A program made the position numbers and the translations under genes. The notes beneath the pieces are model-generated. The model was not told the origin of the DNA and did not search any database. It saw only the letters and a program-made list of their open reading frames with translations. From the sequence record PP355768.1: a stretch of 33,000 nt of DNA; one strand, 5' to 3'. Below, one piece after another: positions 1-8,332 of the stretch; position 1 is the stretch's first letter; each line of letters starts with the position of its first letter.

Positions 1-1
1 C

Positions 2-175
2 GGTGACCGTACTTATGACGACTGGACTGTTACCATCTATAACGATGATAAACATGAAGTACGTAAGGCAATTATTGCTTGGCAGGCTCAGGCCCACGCC
101 CAAGGCAATGATATCTCTGGTATGACTCCAGCTGATTACAAAAAGGTTGCTACTGTACGCCAGTTTAGTCGTGAT
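2..175 (+). CDS. gp19: Tail tube protein, internal fragment
   Basis: Translates GDRTYDDWTVTIYNDDKHEVRKAIIAWQAQAHAQGNDISGMTPADYKKVATVRQFSRD, matching T4 gp19 GDRTFDDWTVT...VRQYARD. Confidence 0.92.
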
Positions 176-299
176 TTGTGCACAAATTTTCAAATAATTT
201 TAGGGAATCTGGAAGGACTTTATGGAGGGTAGAATGGATTTATACAGCTTGGTATATAGAAATGCCCAGACGACCTCTAGAAGGCATCTGGGCTATAAA

Positions 300-833
300 T
301 TACAGTTTCTTATAATGGCGACCAACATCACCAACGTAGTGTGTCAGTTGCTTCAAACGATTACCGAAATCTTCTGTTTTAGAACTAGTGCTTAAACCAT
401 ACAGTACTGCATATAAATCAGGGGTATCACGTACGTTAACTTTAGATGCGATTGACGGGTCAACAGATGCAACTACTTTTGCATGGAGTTTAGCAGATAA
501 TGCCGCAGCTTTTTCGTATGCAGTGTGAACATCATCCCATGCTTTATTCAGTGCTTTAACATCAGCGTCGCTAAGAACAGATGACTTTTTAGCAGCTTTA
601 GGTTTAGCAGTGCCTGACTTTGGTTTAGTAAAAATTTCACCAGTTACAACCATTGATTTCCATGCGTTTGTAACATCGTTGCCGCGGAATCCAAGTTCTT
701 TCATATCACGTGCGAATTGGAATCGTGATTCATCGGAAGTATCTTTGTATGAGTATTTTCCAGCTTCCATAGCTGATATAGCCGCAGCTTTAACATCAGA
801 AGAAGCTTCTATTAAAAATTCTTTAAATTTCAT
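300..833 (-). CDS. Putative capsid-targeted internal head protein (177 aa)
   Basis: N-terminus MKFKEFLIEA resembles the T4 capsid targeting sequence (MKTYQEFIAE, cleaved after E). Late promoter upstream; K/A-rich linker. Confidence 0.6.
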   Translation of the reverse strand: MKFKEFLIEASSDVKAAAISAMEAGKYSYKDTSDESRFQFARDMKELGFRGNDVTNAWKSMVVTGEIFTKPKSGTAKPKAAKKSSVLSDADVKALNKAWDDVHTAYEKAAALSAKLHAKVVASVDPSIASKVNVRDTPDLYAVLYGLSTSSKTEDFGNRLKQLTHYVGDVGRHYKKL

Positions 834-868
834 TATAATTCCCTAAGTAATAGTGTCGATTGCTATAC

Positions 869-876
869 TATTTATA
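869..876 (-). promoter_or_regulatory. T4 late (gp55) promoter TATAAATA
   Basis: Exact TATAAATA on the minus strand about 36 nt upstream of the ATG at 833. Confidence 0.85.
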
Positions 877-900
877 CTAAAAAGCCCCGTCCGAAGACGG
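877..900 (-). terminator. Rho-independent terminator with cUUCGg loop, 5' arm truncated by a junction
   Basis: Minus strand reads CCGTC-TTCG-GACGG-GGCTTTTT, a typical T4 UUCG terminator. Confidence 0.75.
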
Positions 901-957
901 CTATTATAGGTGACTTCCACTCACTTGATAAGGGTTCGATTCCCTTTGGATGCTCCA
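899..957 (+). tRNA. tRNA-Gly(TCC), 3' two-thirds only
   Basis: Anticodon arm GTGA-CTTCCAC-TCAC, T loop GGTTCGATTCC, ends GGATGCTCCA. 5' acceptor strand is missing at the junction. Confidence 0.8.
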
Positions 958-980
958 AATTGTGACTCGTCGAGAGACGC

Positions 981-1003
981 TCGGTTCTTTTAATAGGAAC
1001 TGA
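981..1003 (+). promoter_or_regulatory. Hairpin occluding the RBS of the downstream endonuclease
   Basis: TCGGTTCTT(981-989) pairs with AGGAACTGA(995-1003): 9 bp including G-U pairs, covering the AGGA Shine-Dalgarno. Confidence 0.5.
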
Positions 1004-1004
1004 T

Positions 1005-1654
1005 ATGCATTACTATCTTTATAAAATTACAAATAAAATAAATCAAAAGTTTTATATTGGAGTTCATTCTACTTCTAAGTTGGAAGATGGATACATGGGT
1101 TCTGGTAAGAATTTAAAGCGTGCTATTAAAAAGTACGGCAAAGAAAATTTTGAAAAAGAAATTCTCGAAACTTTTGATAATGCTAAAGATATGTATGATG
1201 CGGAAAGACACCTAGTAAATGAAGAATTTATTAAAAGGCCTGATACATATAACTTAAAGCTTGGTGGTGAAGGCGGATGGGACCACATATGTAATAATGA
1301 AATCTTGTCCGAACAACGAAGAACTAATATGTCAAAAGTTGGAAAATCTTGTGCTAATAAACCTTTATCAGATGAGCATAAGAAAAAGATTTCAAAATCA
1401 GTGAAATCCTTGGATTTACCTACATGGAAAGATAATATGGCTGGTAAGCCAAGCGGATTTGCAGGAAAACACCATTCGGCTGAATTCAAGAAAAAGATAT
1501 CCGAATTAAACTTAGCTAGAGTTAGTACAGATGAAAGAGCTTACAGAATGGAAATTTCTAAATTATATGATTTTTCTAAAAGAGGCGAATTATCTAAATA
1601 TGCTAAACACATTGGTGTAAGTCACACTCAAGCAAGAAGAATTTTAAATCACAT
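1005..1654 (+). CDS. Seg-like GIY-YIG homing endonuclease with NUMOD3-type repeats (3' end lost at a junction near 1654)
   Basis: YLYKITNKINQKFYIGVH...GYMGSG...YNLKLGGEGG; SDEHKKKIS and GKHHSAEFKKKIS motifs; sits directly after tRNA-Gly. Confidence 0.88.
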
Positions 1655-1678
1655 ATACACCTCATCAGTTAGTAATAG

Positions 1679-1686
1679 TATTTATA
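1679..1686 (-). promoter_or_regulatory. T4 late promoter TATAAATA (probably for rI, whose ATG at 1654 is cut by the junction)
   Basis: TATAAATA, then GAGG (1660-1663) and ATG (1654-1652), downstream of the rI.-1-like gene as in T4. Confidence 0.75.
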
Positions 1687-1700
1687 TAAGTATGTGTTAC

Positions 1701-2084
1701 TTAATCCCAAAGCCATTCGCAGATGCCTTGCTCAATAGTTCTAGCACCAGCTTCGTCCCAGTTATATTCTTCGTCATACTTCAATGCGCGTTTAATTTCG
1801 GCTTTATGAAATAAACGCGGAATCGGCATAGCATAACGGGTCCAACGTAGAGTTTTCCAGAATCCATCGCGCTTTGATTTAGCAATCAGTTTCTTGGCCT
1901 CTAGCGGTCTTTCCCGATTTTCAGAAATACGCAGTTCAACATATTTCTGTTGGGTTTCTTTATCTTTCTGAGTTTTAACGTATTCGTTATAGCTTTTAAT
2001 ATAAGCAAATTCGTTATTATTCTGATCGTTCCATTTGGAAGATTTTACTACATGCCAGCCTTTACGGCGAATTGTTCTAGACAT
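1701..2084 (-). CDS. Conserved T4-like hypothetical protein, rI.-1-like
   Basis: MSRTIRRKGWHV...FWKTLRW...YNWDE, with RBS GAGG; recalled similarity to T4 rI.-1. Confidence 0.75.
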   Translation of the reverse strand: MSRTIRRKGWHVVKSSKWNDQNNNEFAYIKSYNEYVKTQKDKETQQKYVELRISENRERPLEAKKLIAKSKRDGFWKTLRWTRYAMPIPRLFHKAEIKRALKYDEEYNWDEAGARTIEQGICEWLWD

Positions 2085-2147
2085 TATTACCTCGTTAAGT
2101 TAAAGTACCTCAACGATAGTAAAATCCTGATTTAAAAAATTTAATAT

Positions 2148-2282
2148 TCATGAATAGATTACCTTACATTTACATTTTGGACATTCAGGTTCTTTATTTT
2201 TAAGACGCTTGGTAGCTGTCTTTGGAGCAGTGTTGTAATCATATACATGAAGACAACGGTAGCACATCACATATTTTTTCAT
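2148..2282 (-). CDS. Small zinc-ribbon protein (44 aa)
   Basis: MKKYVMCYRCLHVYDYNTAPKTATKRLKNKEPECPKCKCKVIYS has two CxxC pairs. Confidence 0.7.
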   Translation of the reverse strand: MKKYVMCYRCLHVYDYNTAPKTATKRLKNKEPECPKCKCKVIYS

Positions 2283-2283
2283 A

Positions 2284-2376
2284 TTAAACCATCAACGAAA
2301 GCAATATTACGTACAGCAAGAATCCAATTATGAGTACTAGTACTATACCACTTGCTATGGCAAATAAGCTACTCAT
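2284..2376 (-). CDS. Small single-pass membrane peptide (30 aa)
   Basis: MSSLFAIASGIVLVLIIGFLLYVILLSLMV; tightly packed between its neighbours. Confidence 0.55.
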   Translation of the reverse strand: MSSLFAIASGIVLVLIIGFLLYVILLSLMV

Positions 2377-2394
2377 GTTTAATATAACACCCAT

Positions 2395-3111
2395 TCAATT
2401 TTCTCTCAATTTAAATTCGTTTATCATAGAACCATACGGCTCATCTGGATAACCATTCTTTACAGCTAACTTATTAAATCTTCTATACCCAACTTTACCA
2501 TTATTTTTCCATAGCAAATACAGCTCTTCGAAAAATTTCCAATTCTCGAGGTGTGCACGTTTAGCTGCCTTAATTCCTGCGATATGCCGTGCCTTTACGT
2601 CACTTCTTGCTAATGCCTTAATTGTATTATTTCTTTGTTTTTCTTTTACTTCTGGACGCTGTTGGGATAACTTAGACGCCATCCCATTACGAGCTTTTAC
2701 TATAGGATTTGATAAAGTTTTCTTCATTGAAGCTGACACTTTATCTCTATGGCCAGGAGTAGCCCAAAGCTTTTTAGCATGATTAGAATTCTTTACGCGA
2801 GTACTTTTATAAACAGTTCCACCTTCACCGCCATCAGATAAATTCATACATAATGAACCATACTTAATTTTACCAGCTTTAATGTATAATGCTTCTGCGT
2901 TAGAAGCAAGTTCATACGTACTAAAGAATTCAAGTTTTCTTACACTAATCTTATATCGTTCAGGATACTTTTTAACATGCCGCATATAATATCCTGAACC
3001 TGAATATGAATCGTTTAATCTATTACTTCTGTGTTTTCCGAAGTAGTGTTTAACTACTCCGGTCTTAAGATTTTCTATCTCAGTGTGATAAATGTAATTA
3101 TATTTTTTCAT
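2395..3111 (-). CDS. Seg-like GIY-YIG homing endonuclease (probable start 3111)
   Basis: MKKYNYIYHTEIENLKTGVVKHYFGKH...YSGSG...CMNLSDGGEGG; basic DNA-binding C-terminus. Confidence 0.82.
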   Translation of the reverse strand: MKKYNYIYHTEIENLKTGVVKHYFGKHRSNRLNDSYSGSGYYMRHVKKYPERYKISVRKLEFFSTYELASNAEALYIKAGKIKYGSLCMNLSDGGEGGTVYKSTRVKNSNHAKKLWATPGHRDKVSASMKKTLSNPIVKARNGMASKLSQQRPEVKEKQRNNTIKALARSDVKARHIAGIKAAKRAHLENWKFFEELYLLWKNNGKVGYRRFNKLAVKNGYPDEPYGSMINEFKLREN

Positions 3112-3702
3112 AATATTGCTGAATACTGCATTGGTCATTGGGAGCTTAATGGCTTTTATTTTTATAAAGGAATGAAATCTCATGGGCTGGAACCAGATTT
3201 CCTCAAAAAGTACAAACAAGTATGGTCTGGGCACTTCCACACCATATCAAGCGCAGCAAACGTTAAGTACATCGGAACGCCTTGGACGCTTACAGCGGGT
3301 GACGAGAACGACCCACGCGGCTTCTGGGTTCAAGACACTGAATTATCAACCTTTGATTTCGTCCCTAATGAAATCACTTGGCACAGAAAACTGATTTATC
3401 CTGTTACTGGAAAAATTGACTTTGAAGAGTTTCGTAATCTCGCAGTACGCATTATTATCACTGCGGTCGATGAAGACCTTCCTAAGTTTGAATCAGAACT
3501 TGAAAAGGTAGTACATGAATTAAGAACTGTTTCTAAAGTTGACAACTCGGTTGAGTCTGAAGATGGTGAAGAAGTAGAAGTTAAAAGCTTATTGGATTTA
3601 ATGGAAGAATATATCCAAGCACTTGAAGACCTATCCGCAGATGATATCAAAGCCTTAAAGGTTATGTCTAAACAGTTATACATTGAGGCACAAAATCAGT
3701 GA
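3112..3702 (+). CDS. gp47: Recombination endonuclease subunit (Mre11-like), C-terminal fragment
   Basis: GHWELNGFYFYKGMKSHGLEPDFL...WSGHFHT...GDENDPRGFW, as in T4 gp47. Confidence 0.95.
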   Translation, partial: NIAEYCIGHWELNGFYFYKGMKSHGLEPDFLKKYKQVWSGHFHTISSAANVKYIGTPWTLTAGDENDPRGFWVQDTELSTFDFVPNEITWHRKLIYPVTGKIDFEEFRNLAVRIIITAVDEDLPKFESELEKVVHELRTVSKVDNSVESEDGEEVEVKSLLDLMEEYIQALEDLSADDIKALKVMSKQLYIEAQNQ

Positions 3703-3750
3703 AGACTTTTAAACTAAACCGTGTCAAATATAAGAATATAATGTCAGTTG
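3699..3750 (+). CDS. gp46: Recombination ATPase subunit (Rad50-like), first 17 codons
   Basis: GTG start overlapping the gp47 stop; MKTFKLNRVKYKNIMSV; then a junction. Confidence 0.85.
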
Positions 3751-4438
3751 ATTATGTTGGCGCTGATGGCGGTGGTGAACCTGAAGACATCGAGCGTATT
3801 CGTGAGCTCGCCCAGATTAAGCGCGAATCTCAAATGCGTTGCGTGTCTAAAACTGACTATGAATCATTCGTTAGTTCACGCTTTGGTTCTATCGTACAAG
3901 CAGTACAGTGCTTTACCGACCAAGATAAGCCAGGGTATGCGTTTATTGCAATTAAGCCAAAATCTGGACTGCAGTTAACCGCTGTTCAAAGAGAAGACAT
4001 CCAAGATTATCTTCGTCCATTCTGTCTTGCTCCCATTACCCCTTCGGTAATGAGCCCAGATTACTTATTCATTCGTCATAATATTAAAGCCTCTTATGCG
4101 CTGAATAAGTTACAAGAATCAGAACAGTGGTTACAGTCAAAAATTATAGACTCAATTAATAGATATTACGTTGATGAAGTTGAAATGTTCAACAAAAATT
4201 TCAGTAAATCTAAGTTGTTGACTTACATTGATGACACTGACCATTCAATCATTGGTTCTTCTGTGGATATTCAGATGGTTCGTGAAATTGTCAACTATTT
4301 CACTCTTCCTAGCGCAGGTATTAAATACTATAATACTATTACTCCGCGGACGTTACGTTCTGGTGATTTGGTCTTTACTGTTACCCCAACTGCTGAACCG
4401 TATTCAGTTAATATCGTTGGAACTGACCCAGATAAAAA
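3748..4438 (+). CDS. gp6: Baseplate wedge subunit, internal fragment
   Basis: GADGGGEPEDIERIREL...KPGYAFIAIKPKSG...LQESEQWL, as in T4 gp6. Confidence 0.95.
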
Positions 4439-4439
4439 T

Positions 4440-4635
4440 GTGGAGTTGGGTCGTTAATAGTAATGATTTTGTTTGTCAGCAAATCAATTACGGCAGTAAT
4501 TCCACACATTTCAAGGTCATCTTCATTAAGTACAGAAATGACTTGGAACTTAAATCCCGGAATGAACATAGGAAATTGTTCGCTCAGTTCATCATCATTC
4601 TCAATAACTTCAAACTGCTTACCAATAAGTCCCAT
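4440..4635 (-). CDS. Hypothetical protein, N-terminal fragment
   Basis: MGLIGKQFEVIENDDELSEQFPMFIPGFKFQV; overlaps the upstream stop; cut at a junction near 4440. Confidence 0.6.
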
Positions 4636-4777
4636 TCACTTTGTCCTCATAATCAAGTAATTCGTTTATAGTAGGTTCAGAGGTATTATAATCCTCTTCA
4701 GGAATAGCATCTTCCTCTGGCTCGACAGTTTCCCATCGAGCCGCATACCAGGGTTTTAGACCTTTGCTACTTTGCAT
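4619..4777 (-). CDS. Small acidic protein, modA.4-like (52 aa)
   Basis: MQSSKGLKPWYAARWETVEPEEDAIPEEDYNTSEPTINELLDYEDKVNGTYW; recalled PWYxARWETVEPEE motif. Confidence 0.65.
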   Translation of the reverse strand: MQSSKGLKPWYAARWETVEPEEDAIPEEDYNTSEPTINELLDYEDKVNGTYW

Positions 4778-4945
4778 GGTGTTGGTTCAGAATCATTAGC
4801 AGAATCATGTTCAATACGCCATTCAACTTCAGTGCGAGTAACCACTTTTTCATGACGAGTAACGATATCTACTTCAGGAGGACTATAATACCAATCAGTA
4901 TGATATGAACCTGAACGGGATTCTGATACCATGAAATGAACAGGA
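4756..4945 (-). CDS. modA.3-like hypothetical protein, C-terminal fragment
   Basis: VSESRSGSYHTDWYYSPPEV motif; upstream pieces are at 26205-26495. Confidence 0.6.
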
Positions 4946-4956
4946 AATAGAAGAAG

Positions 4957-5226
4957 ATGTTCACGGTTTTTGGTTACGACAGCAGCATCCATAAATGTGT
5001 ATTTTGTGATAATGCAAAACGACTACTCGATGTTAAGAAGCAAGAATATGCATTCATCAATGTAATGCCAGAAAAAGGCGTATTTGATGAAGTTGTTATC
5101 AGTGATTTGCTTCGCCGTTTAGGTCGTGAATCACAGGTTGGATTAACTATGCCTCAGATTTTTGCTCCTGACGGTACACATATCGGCGGTTTTGATGAAC
5201 TCCGTAAATTCAAATTCAATGCATGA
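4957..5226 (+). CDS. nrdC: Glutaredoxin/thioredoxin
   Basis: MFTVFGYDSSIHKCVFCDNAKRLL...TMPQIFAPDGTHIGGFDEL; CxxC active site; matches T4 NrdC. Confidence 0.95.
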   Translation: MFTVFGYDSSIHKCVFCDNAKRLLDVKKQEYAFINVMPEKGVFDEVVISDLLRRLGRESQVGLTMPQIFAPDGTHIGGFDELRKFKFNA

Positions 5227-5407
5227 TTATCGTGGAACCCTCCTTCGGGAGGGTGATATTGTAGCCCTTTATTATGGCTATGGTGGATTAGAAACCGGCG
5301 AGATTAAACAAATCAAAAATCATCGGGCAAAGGTAGAGGTAACTTACTCTAATGGAGTTAAAGTTATGTCTAAATGGAAATACGGCGAGTGTATGGTTAA
5401 ATTATGA
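5219..5407 (+). CDS. Hypothetical protein (62 aa)
   Basis: MHDYRGTLLREGDIVALYYGYGG...; ATG overlaps the nrdC 3' end. Confidence 0.7.
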   Translation: MHDYRGTLLREGDIVALYYGYGGLETGEIKQIKNHRAKVEVTYSNGVKVMSKWKYGECMVKL

Positions 5408-5425
5408 TTAACATGAGGAAGAACT

Positions 5426-5596
5426 ATGAGTTATGATATTGGCGATTTAAAAGCTCCACGCATGGTAACTATTTCAGCAGAAGAGCTTGAACGCTTGCAA
5501 GCAATTGAAGAATTGCTGTGGGAAATTGAATGTGCGCTTCCGTCTGGTTTAGAAAGCTGGATTGATGATGAAGATTTACAGAAGCTGCGAGGTTAA
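5426..5596 (+). CDS. Conserved T4-like hypothetical protein (56 aa)
   Basis: RBS GAGG; MSYDIGDLKAPRMVTISAEELERLQAIEELLWEIECALPSGLESWIDDEDLQKLRG. Confidence 0.7.
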   Translation: MSYDIGDLKAPRMVTISAEELERLQAIEELLWEIECALPSGLESWIDDEDLQKLRG

Positions 5597-5659
5597 AATG
5601 ACTAACGCTGAATTAGTAAAAGAAATCAAGCATATCGCTGGCGTCACTGGTGGATATTT

Positions 5660-5746
5660 GCGTCGATGTTGGAATTGGTAGACAAAGGAGACTTAAAATC
5701 TCCCGGGATTAAACCCGTACGAGTTCGAGTCTCGTTCGACGCACCA
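5660..5746 (+). tRNA. tRNA-Leu(TAA)
   Basis: GCGTCGA/TCGACGC acceptor, GGAGA-CTTAAAA-TCTCC anticodon arm, long variable arm, CCA end. Confidence 0.95.
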
Positions 5747-5748
5747 AA

Positions 5749-5825
5749 GCCCTTATAGTGTAATGGATTAGCACACGATCGTTCTAAGGTCGGTAGTCCG
5801 GGTTCGAGTCCTGGTAGGGGTACCA
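5749..5825 (+). tRNA. tRNA-Arg(TCT)
   Basis: CGATC-GTTCTAA-GGTCG anticodon arm, GGTTCGAGTCC T arm, CCA end. Confidence 0.93.
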
Positions 5826-5844
5826 AATTTATGAGGATAAAATT

Positions 5845-6378
5845 ATGAGAAATGACATAGATTGGAATCAAATTAAATTAGCTATTGATTCTGGATTAAT
5901 AAGTCATACAAACTTTGATGTAACTACTAAGCTAATTGAAAGTGTGGCAATGCTTAAACTCCACAATATTAAAGAATTTGAAAATAAAAAATTATCTAAA
6001 AAGAAAACATTGTGGAATTTGTACTGTCGTACCGCCGCGTTAAACTTGCTAAAATTTAAAGACTGTTTTGACATAAGCAAAAATTACAATCAAGCCTTCA
6101 TTTATATAATGGTTGATACTCGTCATCCAAATTTATATAAGATCGGTCGTTCTATAGAGCCCGATCAGCGAGCAGCAACCGCTAATACATTCTCACCCGG
6201 AAGAACGTATAAAATACTGTCATTTAGATATTCTCAAGAAGCTATTAAGCTGGAAAAGTATTTCCATGATAAATATAAAAATAATTTAGAAGGTGGAGAG
6301 TGGTTTTTCTTTCATGACATTCTCCCAGTTATTAAAGACCTGAATAATAACTGCACTAGATTTAAATTGGCAGAATTA
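5845..6378 (+). CDS. T5orf172/MUG113-type GIY-YIG-superfamily protein (C-terminus cut at a junction near 6378)
   Basis: FIYIMVD...LYKIGRS...QRAATANTFSP...LEKYFH...GEWF motif set; RBS GAGGA; directly after tRNA-Arg. Confidence 0.75.
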
Positions 6379-6600
6379 CTCACACATAAAATCAGCTACT
6401 TCCCAGAAGTCATTTTTAACTGCTACTTTAACCACCGGAGAAATTTCAGATGTTTTAATAGAAACAATTACATCACCTGCGACAGTTTCTACCAGACCAA
6501 CGATTTTCTCGCTGCGAGCAACAAATTTACTCACCGGATGAAATTTACCGGTAGCAGCGAACATAGCTTCTTGGTCAACAATCAGTGCGATACGTTTCAT
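6376..6600 (-). CDS. Hypothetical protein (74 aa)
   Basis: Complete ORF MKRIALIVDQEAMF... with a GGA-containing RBS. Confidence 0.7.
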   Translation of the reverse strand: MKRIALIVDQEAMFAATGKFHPVSKFVARSEKIVGLVETVAGDVIVSIKTSEISPVVKVAVKNDFWEVADFMCE

Positions 6601-6654
6601 TCTTTTTCCTTGTTTGTTTTGATGTAGTAATAATAACAGGTTATTCTTGTAGCA

Positions 6655-6867
6655 TTAAATCTCGAAAATCGTTCCGTTTTCCCACATTGTTGCGAACATA
6701 GGAGAAACCTTAACGAATGATTTGCTTCGCATTGCAACGTAGTCGTTATCTACTTTAGCCAATCCTGAAGCAATATCAGTAATACGACCACCTTTATTGT
6801 ATGTGCGTTCTCCGTAGAAAACGATATCACCAACTTGTACTTCTCGACCTTTAGAATCTTTCATCAT
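6655..6867 (-). CDS. Hypothetical protein (about 70 aa)
   Basis: MMKDSKGREVQVGDIVFYGERTYNKGG... Confidence 0.7.
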   Translation of the reverse strand: MMKDSKGREVQVGDIVFYGERTYNKGGRITDIASGLAKVDNDYVAMRSKSFVKVSPMFATMWENGTIFEI

Positions 6868-6874
6868 ATTTCGC

Positions 6875-7525
6875 CTGAAAAATAATAGCTTCGACGTTAG
6901 TACCAGTTGAGTCAAATTCCAACCTGTAATCTTGGTTAGAATTTACCCATTGACCACCGTTGTTTATACAGTCTTCTGCATATCCACCTTCTGCGCCTTC
7001 GCAATAAAATAAAGGAAGACCTGCAGTTCCAGCTTCGAGTAATTCCTTTCCGTTCAATGAAATTTCAAGTGAATTAGGATTTACCCCTACGCCTGGAAGT
7101 ACACCCATGTCATCCAGAGTGATTCTGCGGAGAGTAGCAAGGTTATCTACTATCATTGACCCAGGAATCGTCTGGGATGTAGTCTGGGCTGAATCTCGTA
7201 TCTGGATAGCTAACTTGTTGTATGAAGAACGATATACACCAATTCCATCTAAGAAGGTTTCGAATGTTATTACTTCCCCTTCAACACACGGAACTTTTAA
7301 ACGAATGTCTTTGCCGTTTAATTCTACCAATTGACCTGCTACTGTTCCAGGAGAACCGTAATCGGCATTGGCTTTATCCATAACGCTGGTTTCACCGTAG
7401 TATAAAATATTACCACGACGATATACGTTAAGTGAGTCTTCGTTATAGTCTACGCCATCAAAAATGTTAAGAAAGTCAGTCTGACCCGCAGTAGCAATAA
7501 TTGATTTTTTCGCTACAGTACTTAA
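6875..7525 (-). CDS. gp10: Baseplate wedge/tail pin protein, internal fragment
   Basis: GQTDFLNIF...EGEVITFETFLDG...VNPNSLEISLNG...AGTAGLPLFYC, as in T4 gp10. Confidence 0.9.
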
Positions 7526-7527
7526 GT

Positions 7528-7535
7528 TATAAATA
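7528..7535 (+). promoter_or_regulatory. T4 late promoter TATAAATA for gp13
   Basis: Exact motif, followed by GAGGAG RBS and ATG 7556. Confidence 0.9.
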
Positions 7536-7555
7536 GAATATAAAGAGGAGCTTAT

Positions 7556-8141
7556 ATGTCATACAACACATACAACCCAAAAACGCTTAAAGACGCTATA
7601 CTTCGACGTCTAGGAGCGCCGGTAATTAATGTCGAAGTAACTGAAGACCAAATTTATGATTGTATTCAACGAGCATTAGAGTTGTATGGTGAATACCACT
7701 TTAACGGATTGAATAAAGGCTATCAAGTTTTTTATATTGGAAAAGATGAAGCTGACAACGCAAGATTTTTAAATGGTGTGTTTGATTTGCGTGGTCGTAA
7801 TGTATTTGCTGTCACTCAAATCGTTAGAACAAATGTAGGTTCATTAACTTCAATGGATGGTAATGCTACCTATCCGTGGTTTACTGACTTTTTAATGGGA
7901 ATGGCCGGAATTAATGGCGGAATGGGGTCAAGCTGTAATAAGAGTTATGGACCAAACGCTTTCGGTGCTGACCTGGGCTATTTTACTCAATTAATGACTT
8001 ATTGGTCAATGATGCAGGATTTGCTTGCCCCACTTCCAGACTATTGGTATAACTCTGATAATGAAATGCTTAAAGTAATGGGCAACTTCATGAAGGGAGA
8101 CATCATTGTTTGTGAATGCTGGACTAAATCATTTATGAATA
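7556..8141 (+). CDS. gp13: Neck protein, N-terminal fragment
   Basis: [38 protein letters not shown]...YPWFTDFL, as in T4 gp13; cut after SFMNT. Confidence 0.95.
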
Positions 8142-8157
8142 CATTCTATGGAGACCA
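8141..8157 (+). tRNA. 3' remnant of a tRNA, probably tRNA-Pro
   Basis: ...TTCTATGGAGACCA resembles the T4 tRNA-Pro 3' end; only the acceptor 3' strand is present. Confidence 0.45.
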
Positions 8158-8163
8158 AATTAT

Positions 8164-8307
8164 CGGTATGACACAATACAAGATGGCGTAAGCTGAGTAG
8201 CGGGATTGCAGTCTCGTTCAGATATGCTATCGAGTATGGGTGATATATTAAACACATGGATTCTGCAAAGTCCATGTGACTCGGTTCGAGGCCGGGCATA
8301 CCGTCCA
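8164..8307 (+). ncRNA. tRNA-like stable RNA, T4 species I (rnaC)-like, 144 nt
   Basis: CGGTATG/CATACCG acceptor + T + CCA; T arm CTCGG-TTCGAGG-CCGGG; CGTAAGCTGAGTAGCG...CGTTCAGATATG motif recalled from T4 species I RNA. Confidence 0.75.
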
Positions 8308-8332
8308 ATCACTTGCCATTGAGAATTATATT

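Noticed and set aside
175-300. Unassigned segment with a GCCCAGA/TCTGGGC stem
   Set aside because: Bounded by probable junctions; cannot tell coding from terminator-like sequence.
3699-4457. Apparent gp46-gp6 fusion ORF
   Set aside because: In-frame by chance across a 6-nt overlap junction; the other parts of both genes lie elsewhere in the window.
5644-5871. ORFs antisense to tRNAs (also 22780-23160) and other shadow ORFs (610-846, 1064-1489, 3396-3683, 7107-7334)
   Set aside because: They overlap better-supported genes on the opposite strand or frame and lack RBS or family motifs.
8250-8307. tRNA-Cys(GCA) call from the CTGCAA loop and T arm
   Set aside because: No D arm at the right distance, the loop and stem geometry is non-canonical, and the acceptor partner lies at 8164. 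It is part of the larger ncRNA.
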